Notes under the pieces: generated by a model
What the model was told of the DNA's origin: nothing
The model's database searches: none
What the model saw: the letters and a program-made list of their open reading frames with translations, nothing else
Origin: Minisyncoccota bacterium
Lineage (GTDB): Bacteria > Patescibacteriota > JACMRA01
NCBI GenBank assembly: GCA_014376695.1
Contig: JACMRA010000003.1
Coordinates: 7,881 to 71,880 of the forward strand
DNA: 64,000 nt
Reading direction: 5' to 3'
Part shown: piece by piece, positions 7,798-17,651 of the stretch
Position numbering within the stretch: position 1 is the stretch's first letter
Layout: each line of letters opens with the position of its first letter
Made by a program: the position numbers and the translations under genes

Positions 7798-9318
7798 TTA
7801 AGCTGATTTTCTATCTCGATCAAGATAGGTACCAAGTTTGATATTTTGGAGCTCTGAGGCACCGATTTTATTTCCTTTGATCGAGGCTTTGAGATTGTCG
7901 AAGTATTGAATAGCTCCTTTTGTGACTTGGCTCGATAATTGAGTTGTCGCATTACAGAAGTCTTGAAAGTTAAGCACCCCGCAAGTAATTGTATTTACAG
8001 CATTAAAAATAATGTCTAGAAATTCGAGGGCCAGACTGGTTAGCTCCTCAATAACCTTATCGATGATTTGGTCAATACCGTCCGCGTTATCACCTCCACC
8101 TGCACTATTAGTTGCATTGATTGCGGCTACCGCGCTTGTGAATCCAAGATCCCCCTTTGGCTTGTCCACAATAGTTGTGACGTATACATCCTTGACAAAA
8201 TTGGTATTACTCAAAGCGCTCCCAGTATCGGGTAAAGTTGTAGTTAGAGTGACTTGGTCTAAATTTATACCTCGATTAGCTAGAGCCGCTGGTATAAAAG
8301 CTGGTAGACTTTTTCCAGATTCTGGTTCGAGTTTTACTATTTGATCTTGCGTAGCGAATCCCTCTGCTTTCTCTCCTGCGTCAAATCCTATCTTTTTTAA
8401 TTTGTCCGTACTAAACGCACTATCTACATTTTGACCAATCTCAATTGCGCCAAGTGAATATTGACAAGTACCATCTTTTTTGATCCTTATCGAAGCTACT
8501 AGTCCTAATAGGCTACAGCTATCTGCATCAAAAATTTTTGCACTGGCTGCCCTGAGTGTGTTGAGAGAGTTTTGCAATTTCCCAAAACCTTCGTCGCATT
8601 TGGCGCCGTTACCTTTGGCACATTCATCGCCAGCTGCAAAGGCCGCAGCCCTAGCTGTATTGGCCGCCTGGCAACCAACTGCAGTGATACATTTGATAGC
8701 CCCTTGAGCAGTAGTTCCGTTAGTTGGGAACAATCTGAATTCGCAGTTTTGATCTTGAGCGTACGCTGGTTGAGGCTGTGTCCAGCCAAGGGTCTTATTA
8801 AACCAGTCGCCGGCTGAGTTCCAAGCGTATTGTGCGGTGCTCTCGATAGAACCAGTCTTCAGAAACGATATTGAACTCATCTGCTGATTAACCCATTTGT
8901 CTATTTCCTCGCAAACATTTATACGAAAATTTAAGACCTTCATTATGTCTCGAGCAATTTTTGAATTACTAATTGCAGATACCGCTTGATTTATTGAGTC
9001 TTTGAGTTTGTATAAGATTTTGCGAATGGCACTAAAAAATGATTGGATCAGCTTTTTGAGAAGCTTGATTGCGGCTTTGGTGAGCATATCGAATAACCAC
9101 TGTTCCCAGCCAGCCCGGACTTGTAAAGAGTCAATTAACCCCATACGAATTTGTTGGGTTACCCAGATACTTGACTTGGTAGCTTTTGTTACCAGAATTC
9201 CAGCTTGTTGTTGCAGCATACGCACTCCGCCAAAATCCCCAAGAGCTAGCATAGAACCAAATGCCAGCATTAAAACAATCCAAGTCCCAGCGATTAATTT
9301 GTCGAACCAAGTAAACAT
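7798..9318 (-). CDS. Hypothetical membrane-anchored or secreted helical protein, Cys-containing
   Basis: 506-aa ORF with an N-terminal hydrophobic helix, amphipathic helices and about 10 Cys; no family recognised. Confidence 0.7.
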   Translation of the reverse strand: MFTWFDKLIAGTWIVLMLAFGSMLALGDFGGVRMLQQQAGILVTKATKSSIWVTQQIRMGLIDSLQVRAGWEQWLFDMLTKAAIKLLKKLIQSFFSAIRKILYKLKDSINQAVSAISNSKIARDIMKVLNFRINVCEEIDKWVNQQMSSISFLKTGSIESTAQYAWNSAGDWFNKTLGWTQPQPAYAQDQNCEFRLFPTNGTTAQGAIKCITAVGCQAANTARAAAFAAGDECAKGNGAKCDEGFGKLQNSLNTLRAASAKIFDADSCSLLGLVASIRIKKDGTCQYSLGAIEIGQNVDSAFSTDKLKKIGFDAGEKAEGFATQDQIVKLEPESGKSLPAFIPAALANRGINLDQVTLTTTLPDTGSALSNTNFVKDVYVTTIVDKPKGDLGFTSAVAAINATNSAGGGDNADGIDQIIDKVIEELTSLALEFLDIIFNAVNTITCGVLNFQDFCNATTQLSSQVTKGAIQYFDNLKASIKGNKIGASELQNIKLGTYLDRDRKSA

Positions 9319-9461
9319 AATAATAAAAATTTAATACTTTGATTATAATCCAAATACTCGACTCTGTCAACAAAAATCAGTCACTGAATACAAAAAAACT
9401 CCCCGATTAATCAGGGAGAAATATACTTGGATTTTGTTTCGATTAAAAAACTTGTCTTGAA

Positions 9462-11096
9462 CTATTTTTTGACAACTTTTCGAAGAACGATCATTACAAC
9501 CACTCCTAACGCTGCTACTATAGATCCAGCAATTAAGAATATTGAGTTAGCTCCAGTTCGTGACAGTGTTTTTACCACTGGCTTGGCTACTACTGGTGTT
9601 GTGGTTGTGCCTGTATTGACTAGTGCTATTGTTGTATTGTCAACCATTGCTGTTTTGGTAGTATCTACTTTGGCTCCCATTCCCAATTGTGAGAAGATAG
9701 ATTGTCTGCCAGTTAGAGATCCTGTTGGTACGTTTGTACATGTAACAGTGATACCGCTTAGAGTGCAGGTACCTGCTGGGGTTGCATCTCCAATAGCCAA
9801 TTTTAGATCCATTGGTAGAGTCTTGCTATTTGGCAATGTAAATGTACAAGTAGTAGTTGTATTTTTGACTACATTTTTGTTATCATTACATTTTAGGTCC
9901 GTTGTTTTTAAATCATCCAAAGTTAAAGGTGTTTTAACAATTACTATCGGAGTAAAACTTGAAGCAACTCCTGTCAAAGTCATAACCCCGCTGGCAATAA
10001 GCGAGCCGCTAGTTAATGCCCCAGTAGGACAGCTTGCTGGAATAACTTGATTAGCTGTTGGTGTAAAGACGTTCATCAACATATTACCGTCGATAACACA
10101 AGTTCCATTTGTGTATTGAGCCTGCCCAATATAACTGCTTCCTGTAGTTGTGATTGCACCAGTTACATTTTGACCAATTGTTCCAGTCAAAACTCCAGTT
10201 GGATTAGTTCCAAGTGTTTTTGCAGCCAGTGCTGGAGTAAAATTACTTGCGACCCCTGTTGCTGGCACTACACCAGTTACTGTTGTTGCCTCTAAACTAC
10301 CAGTAGTCATAACACCAGTTGGACATCCAGCAGGGATAACCTGACCCATAGTAGGCGTGAAAGTTCCATTCAGAATATCACCGACTATTGTACAACCCAT
10401 ACCAATGACCACTTTGGCTGGGCCATTGTAAGTTGAGTTGTTTGTGACAATGCTCCCGCCGACAACATCTCCAACAGTCCCAATTAATTGACCGGAAGGA
10501 TTAGTTCCCATGGTTTTGACAGCCATTCCAGCAGCTCTACAATCACCAACTACATTAGATACTGTAAAAGTGATCTGAGGCCCTGGTACTGTGAACCATT
10601 CTGCCCCTGGATTAACGTGTAAAGTAGCTGTTGGATTGGTACCAGATTTGGTTAGGGTATTTTTCATCATCAATTCAGGAGTTGTAGAAATAGCTAGACC
10701 TCCAGTTGTGTTGTTTCCAGTATATGTTAATCGTTGAGACCAGATAGCAGGAGTCGCTCCTATAACAGGACTTACCTGTTGAAATACAGGATCATAAAAT
10801 CCGCTCGCAGCCGTAAATTTACCCTCTTCGGTGATAGTTGGTGTAGTCGTAAAGTTTGCTAAATCAAACCAAGTACTGACATCTGCCAGATTCATTGTGT
10901 TTGAACCAGTAGATTGTACACATGTTGATAATTCAACAGTAGTCCCTTTGTCTTCTAATCCGATGATTAAATTAGCTGTGTTGACAGCTGCGAAGGCTCC
11001 TATGTTACCGAGGCTTGCAAGTGCAAACAGCTGGATAAAAGTAAAGCCAAGTGTGAATAGATAATTCAAAGAATTAATTTTTGTTTTTTTGGGCAT
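9462..11096 (-). CDS. Thr/Gly-rich surface protein with two internal repeats and a C-terminal LSRTG-TM-basic sorting-like signal
   Basis: Signal peptide; repeats at 10233-10517 and 9948-10220; ends LSRTGANSIFLIAGSIVAALGVVVMIVLRKVVKK; alternative TTG start at 11108. Confidence 0.8.
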   Translation of the reverse strand: MPKKTKINSLNYLFTLGFTFIQLFALASLGNIGAFAAVNTANLIIGLEDKGTTVELSTCVQSTGSNTMNLADVSTWFDLANFTTTPTITEEGKFTAASGFYDPVFQQVSPVIGATPAIWSQRLTYTGNNTTGGLAISTTPELMMKNTLTKSGTNPTATLHVNPGAEWFTVPGPQITFTVSNVVGDCRAAGMAVKTMGTNPSGQLIGTVGDVVGGSIVTNNSTYNGPAKVVIGMGCTIVGDILNGTFTPTMGQVIPAGCPTGVMTTGSLEATTVTGVVPATGVASNFTPALAAKTLGTNPTGVLTGTIGQNVTGAITTTGSSYIGQAQYTNGTCVIDGNMLMNVFTPTANQVIPASCPTGALTSGSLIASGVMTLTGVASSFTPIVIVKTPLTLDDLKTTDLKCNDNKNVVKNTTTTCTFTLPNSKTLPMDLKLAIGDATPAGTCTLSGITVTCTNVPTGSLTGRQSIFSQLGMGAKVDTTKTAMVDNTTIALVNTGTTTTPVVAKPVVKTLSRTGANSIFLIAGSIVAALGVVVMIVLRKVVKK

Positions 11097-11205
11097 AATT
11101 TTTGTCAAAATTTTTGTTTGAGGTTTTTTGTATTTGTATTTTAGATGACGGACGAATCTAAATCTCTTCTATATTCTAACATAGTTTTACTTTCTATGCA
11201 AATTC

Positions 11206-12135
11206 CTATTCGTTGATTTTTTCTTCTGTTAAATAAGGTTGCAGATTTCCAAAATTTTCCTCAATCAAAGGGAATAATTGTATAGCATTATGTTTAGAAA
11301 AATCCAAAATGTCTTGACTTTGCAAATTTTTTATTTCGGCAATTTTTGACACGGTCGATTCTATGTATACAGGCAGGCAAACTTTATTTTCTCGATTAGC
11401 CAGCGGAACAAGAAATGGCGCATCAGTCTCTATCATGATATTACTCATTGGACAGTATTTTACAGCCTCAATCAGTTCTGTTGTATTACTATAAGTGATA
11501 ATACCACCAAGGGCAATGAAACCGTTTAGTGCTAAAATAGCTTGTAAGTTTTGCTTATTTCCAGTAAAGCAATGAATAAGAAATTTCCCCCATATCGCAG
11601 GATAATTTTTTAGTATCTCAATCAAATCGTCGAATGCATCTCGGCAATGTATGACTAGGGGCAGATCCAACTTAATGGCTACTTCGATTTGAGAAATAAA
11701 AAGCACTTTTTGAAGTTTAATAAGCTCATCACTTTTGGCAATATGGTAATCTAGGCCAACCTCTCCTATCCCGCATAGATTTTTAATATCTATTAATTCA
11801 AGTAATTTGGACTGTTCCAGAATATACGCGTCCATATCAAATCCATGTTTGACAATTTCTGGGTGCGATCCTAAAAGAAAAAATACCTTTGGATTAGATT
11901 TAAATAATTGCCAAACAAGGTAAAAATTGCTCGTGCTTACAGTCGATTGGATTACAAATTGATGATTAACAAGAAGTTCACTGATTTTGGCAGAGCCTTC
12001 ACTGATAATAGTCAAATTATTACCCTCAGGATTGCCTTCCCCGAAAATGTATTTTCTAAAATTTTGACCGTAACCGAGTTTTTCTAATAGCAATTCCAAG
12101 TGAATATGGGTATCATGAAGGATTGTCCTGGTCAT
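11206..12135 (-). CDS. tatD: TatD-family nuclease
   Basis: DTHIH, GEVGLDY, IHCRDA, IHCFTG, ETDAPFL. Confidence 0.9.
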   Translation of the reverse strand: MTRTILHDTHIHLELLLEKLGYGQNFRKYIFGEGNPEGNNLTIISEGSAKISELLVNHQFVIQSTVSTSNFYLVWQLFKSNPKVFFLLGSHPEIVKHGFDMDAYILEQSKLLELIDIKNLCGIGEVGLDYHIAKSDELIKLQKVLFISQIEVAIKLDLPLVIHCRDAFDDLIEILKNYPAIWGKFLIHCFTGNKQNLQAILALNGFIALGGIITYSNTTELIEAVKYCPMSNIMIETDAPFLVPLANRENKVCLPVYIESTVSKIAEIKNLQSQDILDFSKHNAIQLFPLIEENFGNLQPYLTEEKINE

Positions 12136-13484
12136 TAAATTCCTTTAATTGAATTGATTTTTACTTTTTGAGTTGGGGACTCAGAATTCTTTGGCTTAAA
12201 ATACGAATCATAATCACTGTTAACATCATCTTTTTTTTCAGATGGGGAAGATTCATTGTGGGTCAATTTATTATGTTTCGCGGCTTCTAATTTTGATTCT
12301 ACATAGCTCGGCCTTTTCATTGTTTTATCTCCGCTTAGGTTATGATTAGAGATGTCATTTAATTTGTTCTTGGGGCTTCTATCTTGATCTAAAATTTTTC
12401 GCTCTAATTCTTCGATTTTCATCTCTAGTTTTGCGGAGATTTTGGCAACTTGTTCTTGAATTCCATCAGACTTGTAATTGTCAGCTAGGGCCGCAGCTAA
12501 CTGAGAATTAATGTCGTCGATTCGACTACCTACGTCTTCTCGAAAATCTACAAGATCTTTGTCAATTCTTTCGATAGAATAATCTAGATTATTTTCAAAT
12601 TTTTTGAGCCTTTCTGTTAAGTTATTAATTTGATATTGCAAGCTGGTGCCGCCTTTGATTTGCGTAGCATTTTTTAGCTCCTGAATTGAGCGCGCATTCT
12701 GGACATTTTCATAATTCAATTTCAAAACTTTATCGCTAAGGATAGCGGCTTCTTGCACCATTTCCATTATTTTACTAAATAGCTTGGCTTGTTTTTCTTG
12801 AAAATCATTATTTAAATTATAGACTTTGGTCTGTGAAGTTATAAAACCATTATACAAATCACTCACTTCTCGAGCTGACATTATTAAAGTTTCGGCTTTT
12901 TTGACATGCTCCTCCATTGATTTTGGTTCAGTGTTAAAATTATTTCTTGGTAGTAGCGTTGGTAGGTTATCGTCGGCTGATGACACCCTTCTGTAAGGGT
13001 TTTTGCTCTCGTCAAAAGGATCTACAAAGCTATCTTCGAATCTAGGGTCGATTTTATTTGCCTCGAGCTTTATGACAGCCTGTTTAGGGGCAGGTTTTTG
13101 AGTCTCGGCTTTTTTTGGTTGAACAATTAGTTCTGGAACTGCGGCCTCCTGTATCGGAGTGAAAGGATTTAATTGTGGATTTATATTGGGCTCGATTTGC
13201 ATTTCTTGATTTTGAACAACCGGGTCCAAAAAATGTTCTTCCTGTGGACTTGGATTGACGTTGGTTGTGTCAACAATTACTGGAGGCTGCTGGGATTTCC
13301 CTATTTCGCTCTGTTCAATGTAAATGGAGTGTAATGTGTCAACTAGTTCTTTTTGCTGGGTTTCATCTGAACCTTGCAACCAACCTAGCCACTCGTCTTT
13401 TTCTTGAGGTGTAAGAAAATCACAAAATTGAATTGCTTCTAATGGGTTATATGGGAATCCATCTGGAAAGTGAGTAGTAGCCAT
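12135..13484 (-). CDS. Hypothetical protein with a Pro/Gln-rich linker and a long coiled coil
   Basis: 449-aa ORF with a heptad-like C-terminal half; stop codon overlaps the tatD start. Confidence 0.7.
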   Translation of the reverse strand: MATTHFPDGFPYNPLEAIQFCDFLTPQEKDEWLGWLQGSDETQQKELVDTLHSIYIEQSEIGKSQQPPVIVDTTNVNPSPQEEHFLDPVVQNQEMQIEPNINPQLNPFTPIQEAAVPELIVQPKKAETQKPAPKQAVIKLEANKIDPRFEDSFVDPFDESKNPYRRVSSADDNLPTLLPRNNFNTEPKSMEEHVKKAETLIMSAREVSDLYNGFITSQTKVYNLNNDFQEKQAKLFSKIMEMVQEAAILSDKVLKLNYENVQNARSIQELKNATQIKGGTSLQYQINNLTERLKKFENNLDYSIERIDKDLVDFREDVGSRIDDINSQLAAALADNYKSDGIQEQVAKISAKLEMKIEELERKILDQDRSPKNKLNDISNHNLSGDKTMKRPSYVESKLEAAKHNKLTHNESSPSEKKDDVNSDYDSYFKPKNSESPTQKVKINSIKGI

Positions 13485-13669
13485 TGTAATATATTATTTA
13501 TTTAGTTTTTAATTAATTTTTATCCAAACTGAGTCTATAGGTAGAAATATAATTTATAATTTAATTTTTGACAAGTAACTTAAGGCTCAAAAACCTATTA
13601 ATATTCAAGTGTATTGGTAATAAAAAACTCCCCAAATGGGAAGTAAATATTGGTACGATTCGGGTTATG

Positions 13670-14548
13670 TTAGATATTGAATTTGGGAATAAATCGTCGA
13701 GCAACGAAATAAAGGATAGTAACCGACATAATCGAAATTAGTGTGTAGCTGACAAGCTCTGCACTACCAGTTCTTGCGGTTGAGATTATTGTGGCTGGCT
13801 TAGTTGCGACTACTTGGGCAACTGGTACGGGCGTAGGTTTGACTTGGACAACTTCTGGGGTTGCAGTAGTAGGGGTTGGTGTGACTTGAACGGCTGGTGT
13901 TGGAGTAGCTTGAGCAACAATATCAGCGGCTTCAATTTCTAATATGACTTGTTGAATAGCAGGCTTTGAAGAATAGTCGGGAGATGAAAGTGCATCTTGA
14001 TTAAACATTATTGAAGTCTTATCACCAACTTTTGCGCTAGGAGATACTTTGATCACCAAGTTAATACATCCAGTTCTATTAGCTGAAAGAGCTGAAATTT
14101 GAGCTCCACCGTCAACTAGCTTGGCACTTTGCGGTCCGTAATTACTTAGCTTAGTAGGTGAAACTAATGTTGGAGAGATACCGTAACTTGTTCCTTCAGG
14201 AAAATTGTAGCAGCTAGAAGGTGCCGCTGGTTTGTCATTTTCGGCGGATGGGTCCCCTGCAAAAATATCGCTAGCTGAAGTTAGCTCAAAGGCTTGTGCG
14301 GTAGCAGTATTTTGTAAATTAGATAATACTGCAGTAACCGCAACCTTAGAGATTTTTACACTGTTTTGCTGATCGCCATATTTGAAAGCAACGTTAATGG
14401 GCACTGTTCGGTCTTGTTTGATTTTTATTGTTGACACTGATTGGCTAAAAGTGTTAATATTCAAGCTAGATACAAGAAGAACTGAGGCTAAACTCACGGT
14501 AATTCCAAGGTTTAAAATTTTAGTTATAAGGTTGGCTTTTAAAGACAT
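13670..14548 (-). CDS. Surface protein with a Pro/Thr linker and a C-terminal TARTG-TM-basic sorting-like signal
   Basis: Signal peptide, Cys pair, PT-rich stalk, ends TARTGSAELVSYTLISIMSVTILYFVARRFIPKFNI. Confidence 0.8.
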   Translation of the reverse strand: MSLKANLITKILNLGITVSLASVLLVSSLNINTFSQSVSTIKIKQDRTVPINVAFKYGDQQNSVKISKVAVTAVLSNLQNTATAQAFELTSASDIFAGDPSAENDKPAAPSSCYNFPEGTSYGISPTLVSPTKLSNYGPQSAKLVDGGAQISALSANRTGCINLVIKVSPSAKVGDKTSIMFNQDALSSPDYSSKPAIQQVILEIEAADIVAQATPTPAVQVTPTPTTATPEVVQVKPTPVPVAQVVATKPATIISTARTGSAELVSYTLISIMSVTILYFVARRFIPKFNI

Positions 14549-14797
14549 ATTATTTATGTTTATTTGCTCATATTATACAGGATAATTTTCTTTTTGTAAA
14601 ATCTTTTTTTTTGGATATTTAACCGAGTGATAAAAGTTATTATTTTTTACTGAATTAAATCAGCTTTTGCCAGCCTGCTATGTTTTACTTATTTCAAATG
14701 CAGATAACTTAATCTCAAAGGTTACTTTGACAAAATTTGATAATAAACTTTTATTTAGTTTATCGAACATTAGCCCTAAAAATGAATAATATTGATT

Positions 14798-15001
14798 ATG
14801 CCCGCTACCTGCGCCCTAACCGGAAAAACATATAAAATGACTGTAAAAAGATCTCACTCTATGCGAGGCACGCTTACCAAAGTCAAAGCAAATCTTCAAA
14901 GAATCAGAATTGGAAATAAACTTGTTAAATTATCTACTCGAGCAATTAGGACAATGAAAAAATATTCTAACAAAAGCTTTCCTTTAGTTGTTTCTCAGTA
15001 G
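14798..15001 (+). CDS. rpmB: 50S ribosomal protein L28
   Basis: CALTGK..RSHS..T...KANLQ..LSTRAIRT. Confidence 0.85.
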   Translation: MPATCALTGKTYKMTVKRSHSMRGTLTKVKANLQRIRIGNKLVKLSTRAIRTMKKYSNKSFPLVVSQ

Positions 15002-15018
15002 TGTTTCTTTTGACACTT

Positions 15019-15046
15019 AAAACCTATTACTCAATAGGTTTTTTTT
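15019..15046 (+). terminator. Intrinsic terminator after rpmB
   Basis: AAAACCTATT-actc-AATAGGTTTT plus a T run. Confidence 0.75.
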
Positions 15047-15086
15047 ATTTCTAATTGCACTACAAATTTTGTATACCCCTTACTTT

Positions 15087-15470
15087 ATGAATAATATTTT
15101 AACCCGAATTATTAATATTGCCAGCATAATTACAGCCCTTGGACTTGTATTTAGTTTAGGTGGCTATTTTGGTTTTAGATACAGTCAAAGCTCCAGCCCA
15201 TCTCTAAATAAAAATACGCTGTCTGATTTGGAAGTTAAGCAGACTGAAACAGCTAAAATTGTTGCCAAAGAAGTGATAGGTATTCAGTTTATCAAAGCCA
15301 ATCAAGAACGAAAATGCGATGACAACCATATCATTAAAGGTACATATAACTCGGACAACGGTAACTACTACGTAAAATCGAATAAAAACTACGACCGAAT
15401 TAAACCTGATATTTGCTTCGCGACCGAAGAATTCGCTCGTGATACCGCTGGATTTTTGAAAAAGTTTTGA
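15087..15470 (+). CDS. Membrane-anchored protein with a C-terminal IKG..CF.TE..A..AGF domain
   Basis: N-terminal TM; the C-terminal motif resembles the small domain appended to thermonuclease/Ada-like proteins. Confidence 0.6.
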   Translation: MNNILTRIINIASIITALGLVFSLGGYFGFRYSQSSSPSLNKNTLSDLEVKQTETAKIVAKEVIGIQFIKANQERKCDDNHIIKGTYNSDNGNYYVKSNKNYDRIKPDICFATEEFARDTAGFLKKF

Positions 15471-15506
15471 ATTGACATTAATGCGATACTGACACACAAT
15501 ATTGCT

Positions 15507-16301
15507 ATGACACAAACAAATATCCAAGACACAAATTTAGAAAATTACGATAATTTCCCTGACGTAATAATATTTTTTGGACCACCAGCAAGTGGAAAAG
15601 GCACGCAAGCAAGATTATTATCCGAAAAATTACCTAATTACGTACACCTAGATTTCGGCGGTCAACTAAGGGAGTTTGTTAAATTGACTCTAGGATCTTA
15701 TCCAGAATTATCAGAGATTCGAAAAAAGTCGTTTCGCCAAAGCCAGGACGAAAATATCGAGATAGCCTTAAGTTTGCGAGAGTCAATGATAAAAGGTCAG
15801 CCTGTCAAATCAGAGTACCTATGGAAAATTGTTAGCAAAACAATCGATAAGGCCATAATAGATGGTAAAAAATTAATACTAGAAGGTATCGGCCGTACCT
15901 ATGAAGATGGTCGAAAATTTGGTAAACTGGCTTTTGATAACAAGCTGACAGTTTGTATTTTTCATATTTATATCTCGCCTGAGCAGTCTGTCAGCAGAGC
16001 TAATCAAAGATACTACGCTCCTGGTTCGAGCCATCCACACGGCAATTATAATCAAGCTCTGCTAGAGTGTAAAAACAAAGATTTGCCATACCAGCGGCCT
16101 GAAGATACTGATTCTGAAGTAGTTATGGATAGGTATAACAAGGTCTACGCCAATATTTTTGCTAAGGTAATTTCAACTATGCAAATAGAGTCAAAAGGCA
16201 GATTATTTATCATTGACGGGCAAGACTCCGTTAGCGATGTTTATAAGCATATTTGGAAGTACTTGCAAATTTATTATAATTCAATTTCAATTTTTAAATA
16301 A
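15507..16301 (+). CDS. adk: Adenylate kinase-family nucleoside monophosphate kinase (divergent)
   Basis: GPPASGKGTQA P-loop, ILEGIGRT (GFPR-like), QRPEDT. Confidence 0.75.
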   Translation: MTQTNIQDTNLENYDNFPDVIIFFGPPASGKGTQARLLSEKLPNYVHLDFGGQLREFVKLTLGSYPELSEIRKKSFRQSQDENIEIALSLRESMIKGQPVKSEYLWKIVSKTIDKAIIDGKKLILEGIGRTYEDGRKFGKLAFDNKLTVCIFHIYISPEQSVSRANQRYYAPGSSHPHGNYNQALLECKNKDLPYQRPEDTDSEVVMDRYNKVYANIFAKVISTMQIESKGRLFIIDGQDSVSDVYKHIWKYLQIYYNSISIFK

Positions 16302-16307
16302 ATTACT

Positions 16308-17216
16308 ATGACTACAAAAAAAATCATTATATCAATATCAATCGTCGCGTTAATAGTTGTGAGCATGCTTGGGATAGTGTTCATTATTTTTCGCGAAGAA
16401 GTTTTAGCAAGATTCCAACAAAAGCAAATTGAGCAATCTACAATTTCTGCTCGAAGCAGCTCTCAATCCCAGCGTTCGGCATTTTATTTTCCAAGGTTTT
16501 TTAACCCCAGCGACAAAATATATGATAACGTTAGCTCTAGCAATACTGCGACTAATCTAAGCTCGGCGGCGAGTAGATCTCTACCAGCTCTTTTTAATAT
16601 CGACACGCTACCAATTCAAAAGGACAAAATGCAAAAAACTGTATATAAATCAGTCGCGTGTCCTGATAACACCAATTCAACCCATGGTATCACAGAAGTA
16701 AAGCTAAGCGACAACTCGGAATCAAGTCTATTAATCGCTCATAAATCAATGATTTTGGACAAAAGTGATAGTTCAAACTACGAGCGAGCAATTAACTTTT
16801 TAGGCCGAAATACAGACTTCATGGCTGATACAAATACCACCTTTGGACCTGACTATTTGCAATTTTTGAGACGGGACTGCGCTGTATCTAATATTCAAAA
16901 AATCAAAGAGTTTCGGTCAGACCAATTCCAGAACATACCAAACACCCAAAATAACCGAGCCTTGACTGATATAAGAGGTCTAGATAATAATCTGTTTATC
17001 AATTTTAGTATTTACGGTAAAAAGGACGAAAATGTCTTTGTCATAACCAAAAGCTTTCCATATGCAGACCTACTTACGCGCGATGAGAAAGACGGATGCA
17101 TGGCAAATAATGCACCAGTAAGAAGTTGTATAAAAAAGATAATAGGCAATAAGGCCGACTTAGATCAAAAATTCATCAATGAAGCCAAAAAGCTGGCAAC
17201 CGATTACAGTTTCTAA
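16308..17216 (+). CDS. Hypothetical membrane-anchored exported protein
   Basis: N-terminal TM, Ser-rich linker, 4 Cys. Confidence 0.7.
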   Translation: MTTKKIIISISIVALIVVSMLGIVFIIFREEVLARFQQKQIEQSTISARSSSQSQRSAFYFPRFFNPSDKIYDNVSSSNTATNLSSAASRSLPALFNIDTLPIQKDKMQKTVYKSVACPDNTNSTHGITEVKLSDNSESSLLIAHKSMILDKSDSSNYERAINFLGRNTDFMADTNTTFGPDYLQFLRRDCAVSNIQKIKEFRSDQFQNIPNTQNNRALTDIRGLDNNLFINFSIYGKKDENVFVITKSFPYADLLTRDEKDGCMANNAPVRSCIKKIIGNKADLDQKFINEAKKLATDYSF

Positions 17217-17238
17217 AAATTACAATTACAAAAAATCT

Positions 17239-17553
17239 ATGTCTAAAATCACACCAACATCCATTGCTAAAGTGGCAAAACTATCCAAGCTGTCCCTCAG
17301 ACAAGGTGACGACGAGGTAGTAATTAACAAAATCAATACCGTCTTAGACCTATCGGATGAATTACAGGCTTTGCCTACCCAGGGCGTTAATCTATTTGAC
17401 GGCTGGCGTAAAAACACAATCAGAGATCTACGCAAAGATACACCTTCGCTTAATCAATCTCAATACGAGAAAACTCGAACCAATATAATTAATCTATTTC
17501 CAAATTCTAAAGATAACCTATTAGTCGTGGAAGGTATTTTTGAGAATAGTTAA
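17239..17553 (+). CDS. gatC: Asp/Glu-tRNA amidotransferase subunit C-like
   Basis: IT...IAKVAKLSKL, L..L.TQGV, LRKD, P..KD...V pattern; about 104 aa. Confidence 0.65.
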   Translation: MSKITPTSIAKVAKLSKLSLRQGDDEVVINKINTVLDLSDELQALPTQGVNLFDGWRKNTIRDLRKDTPSLNQSQYEKTRTNIINLFPNSKDNLLVVEGIFENS

Positions 17554-17651
17554 AAGGTTTTTAAGCGCCGAAATAGGTGCCTGACATCTGCTTTTATAGC
17601 AAATATTATATCTTCTAGTCAAAAAATGCCTATACTTAGGTTCTGTTTTGA

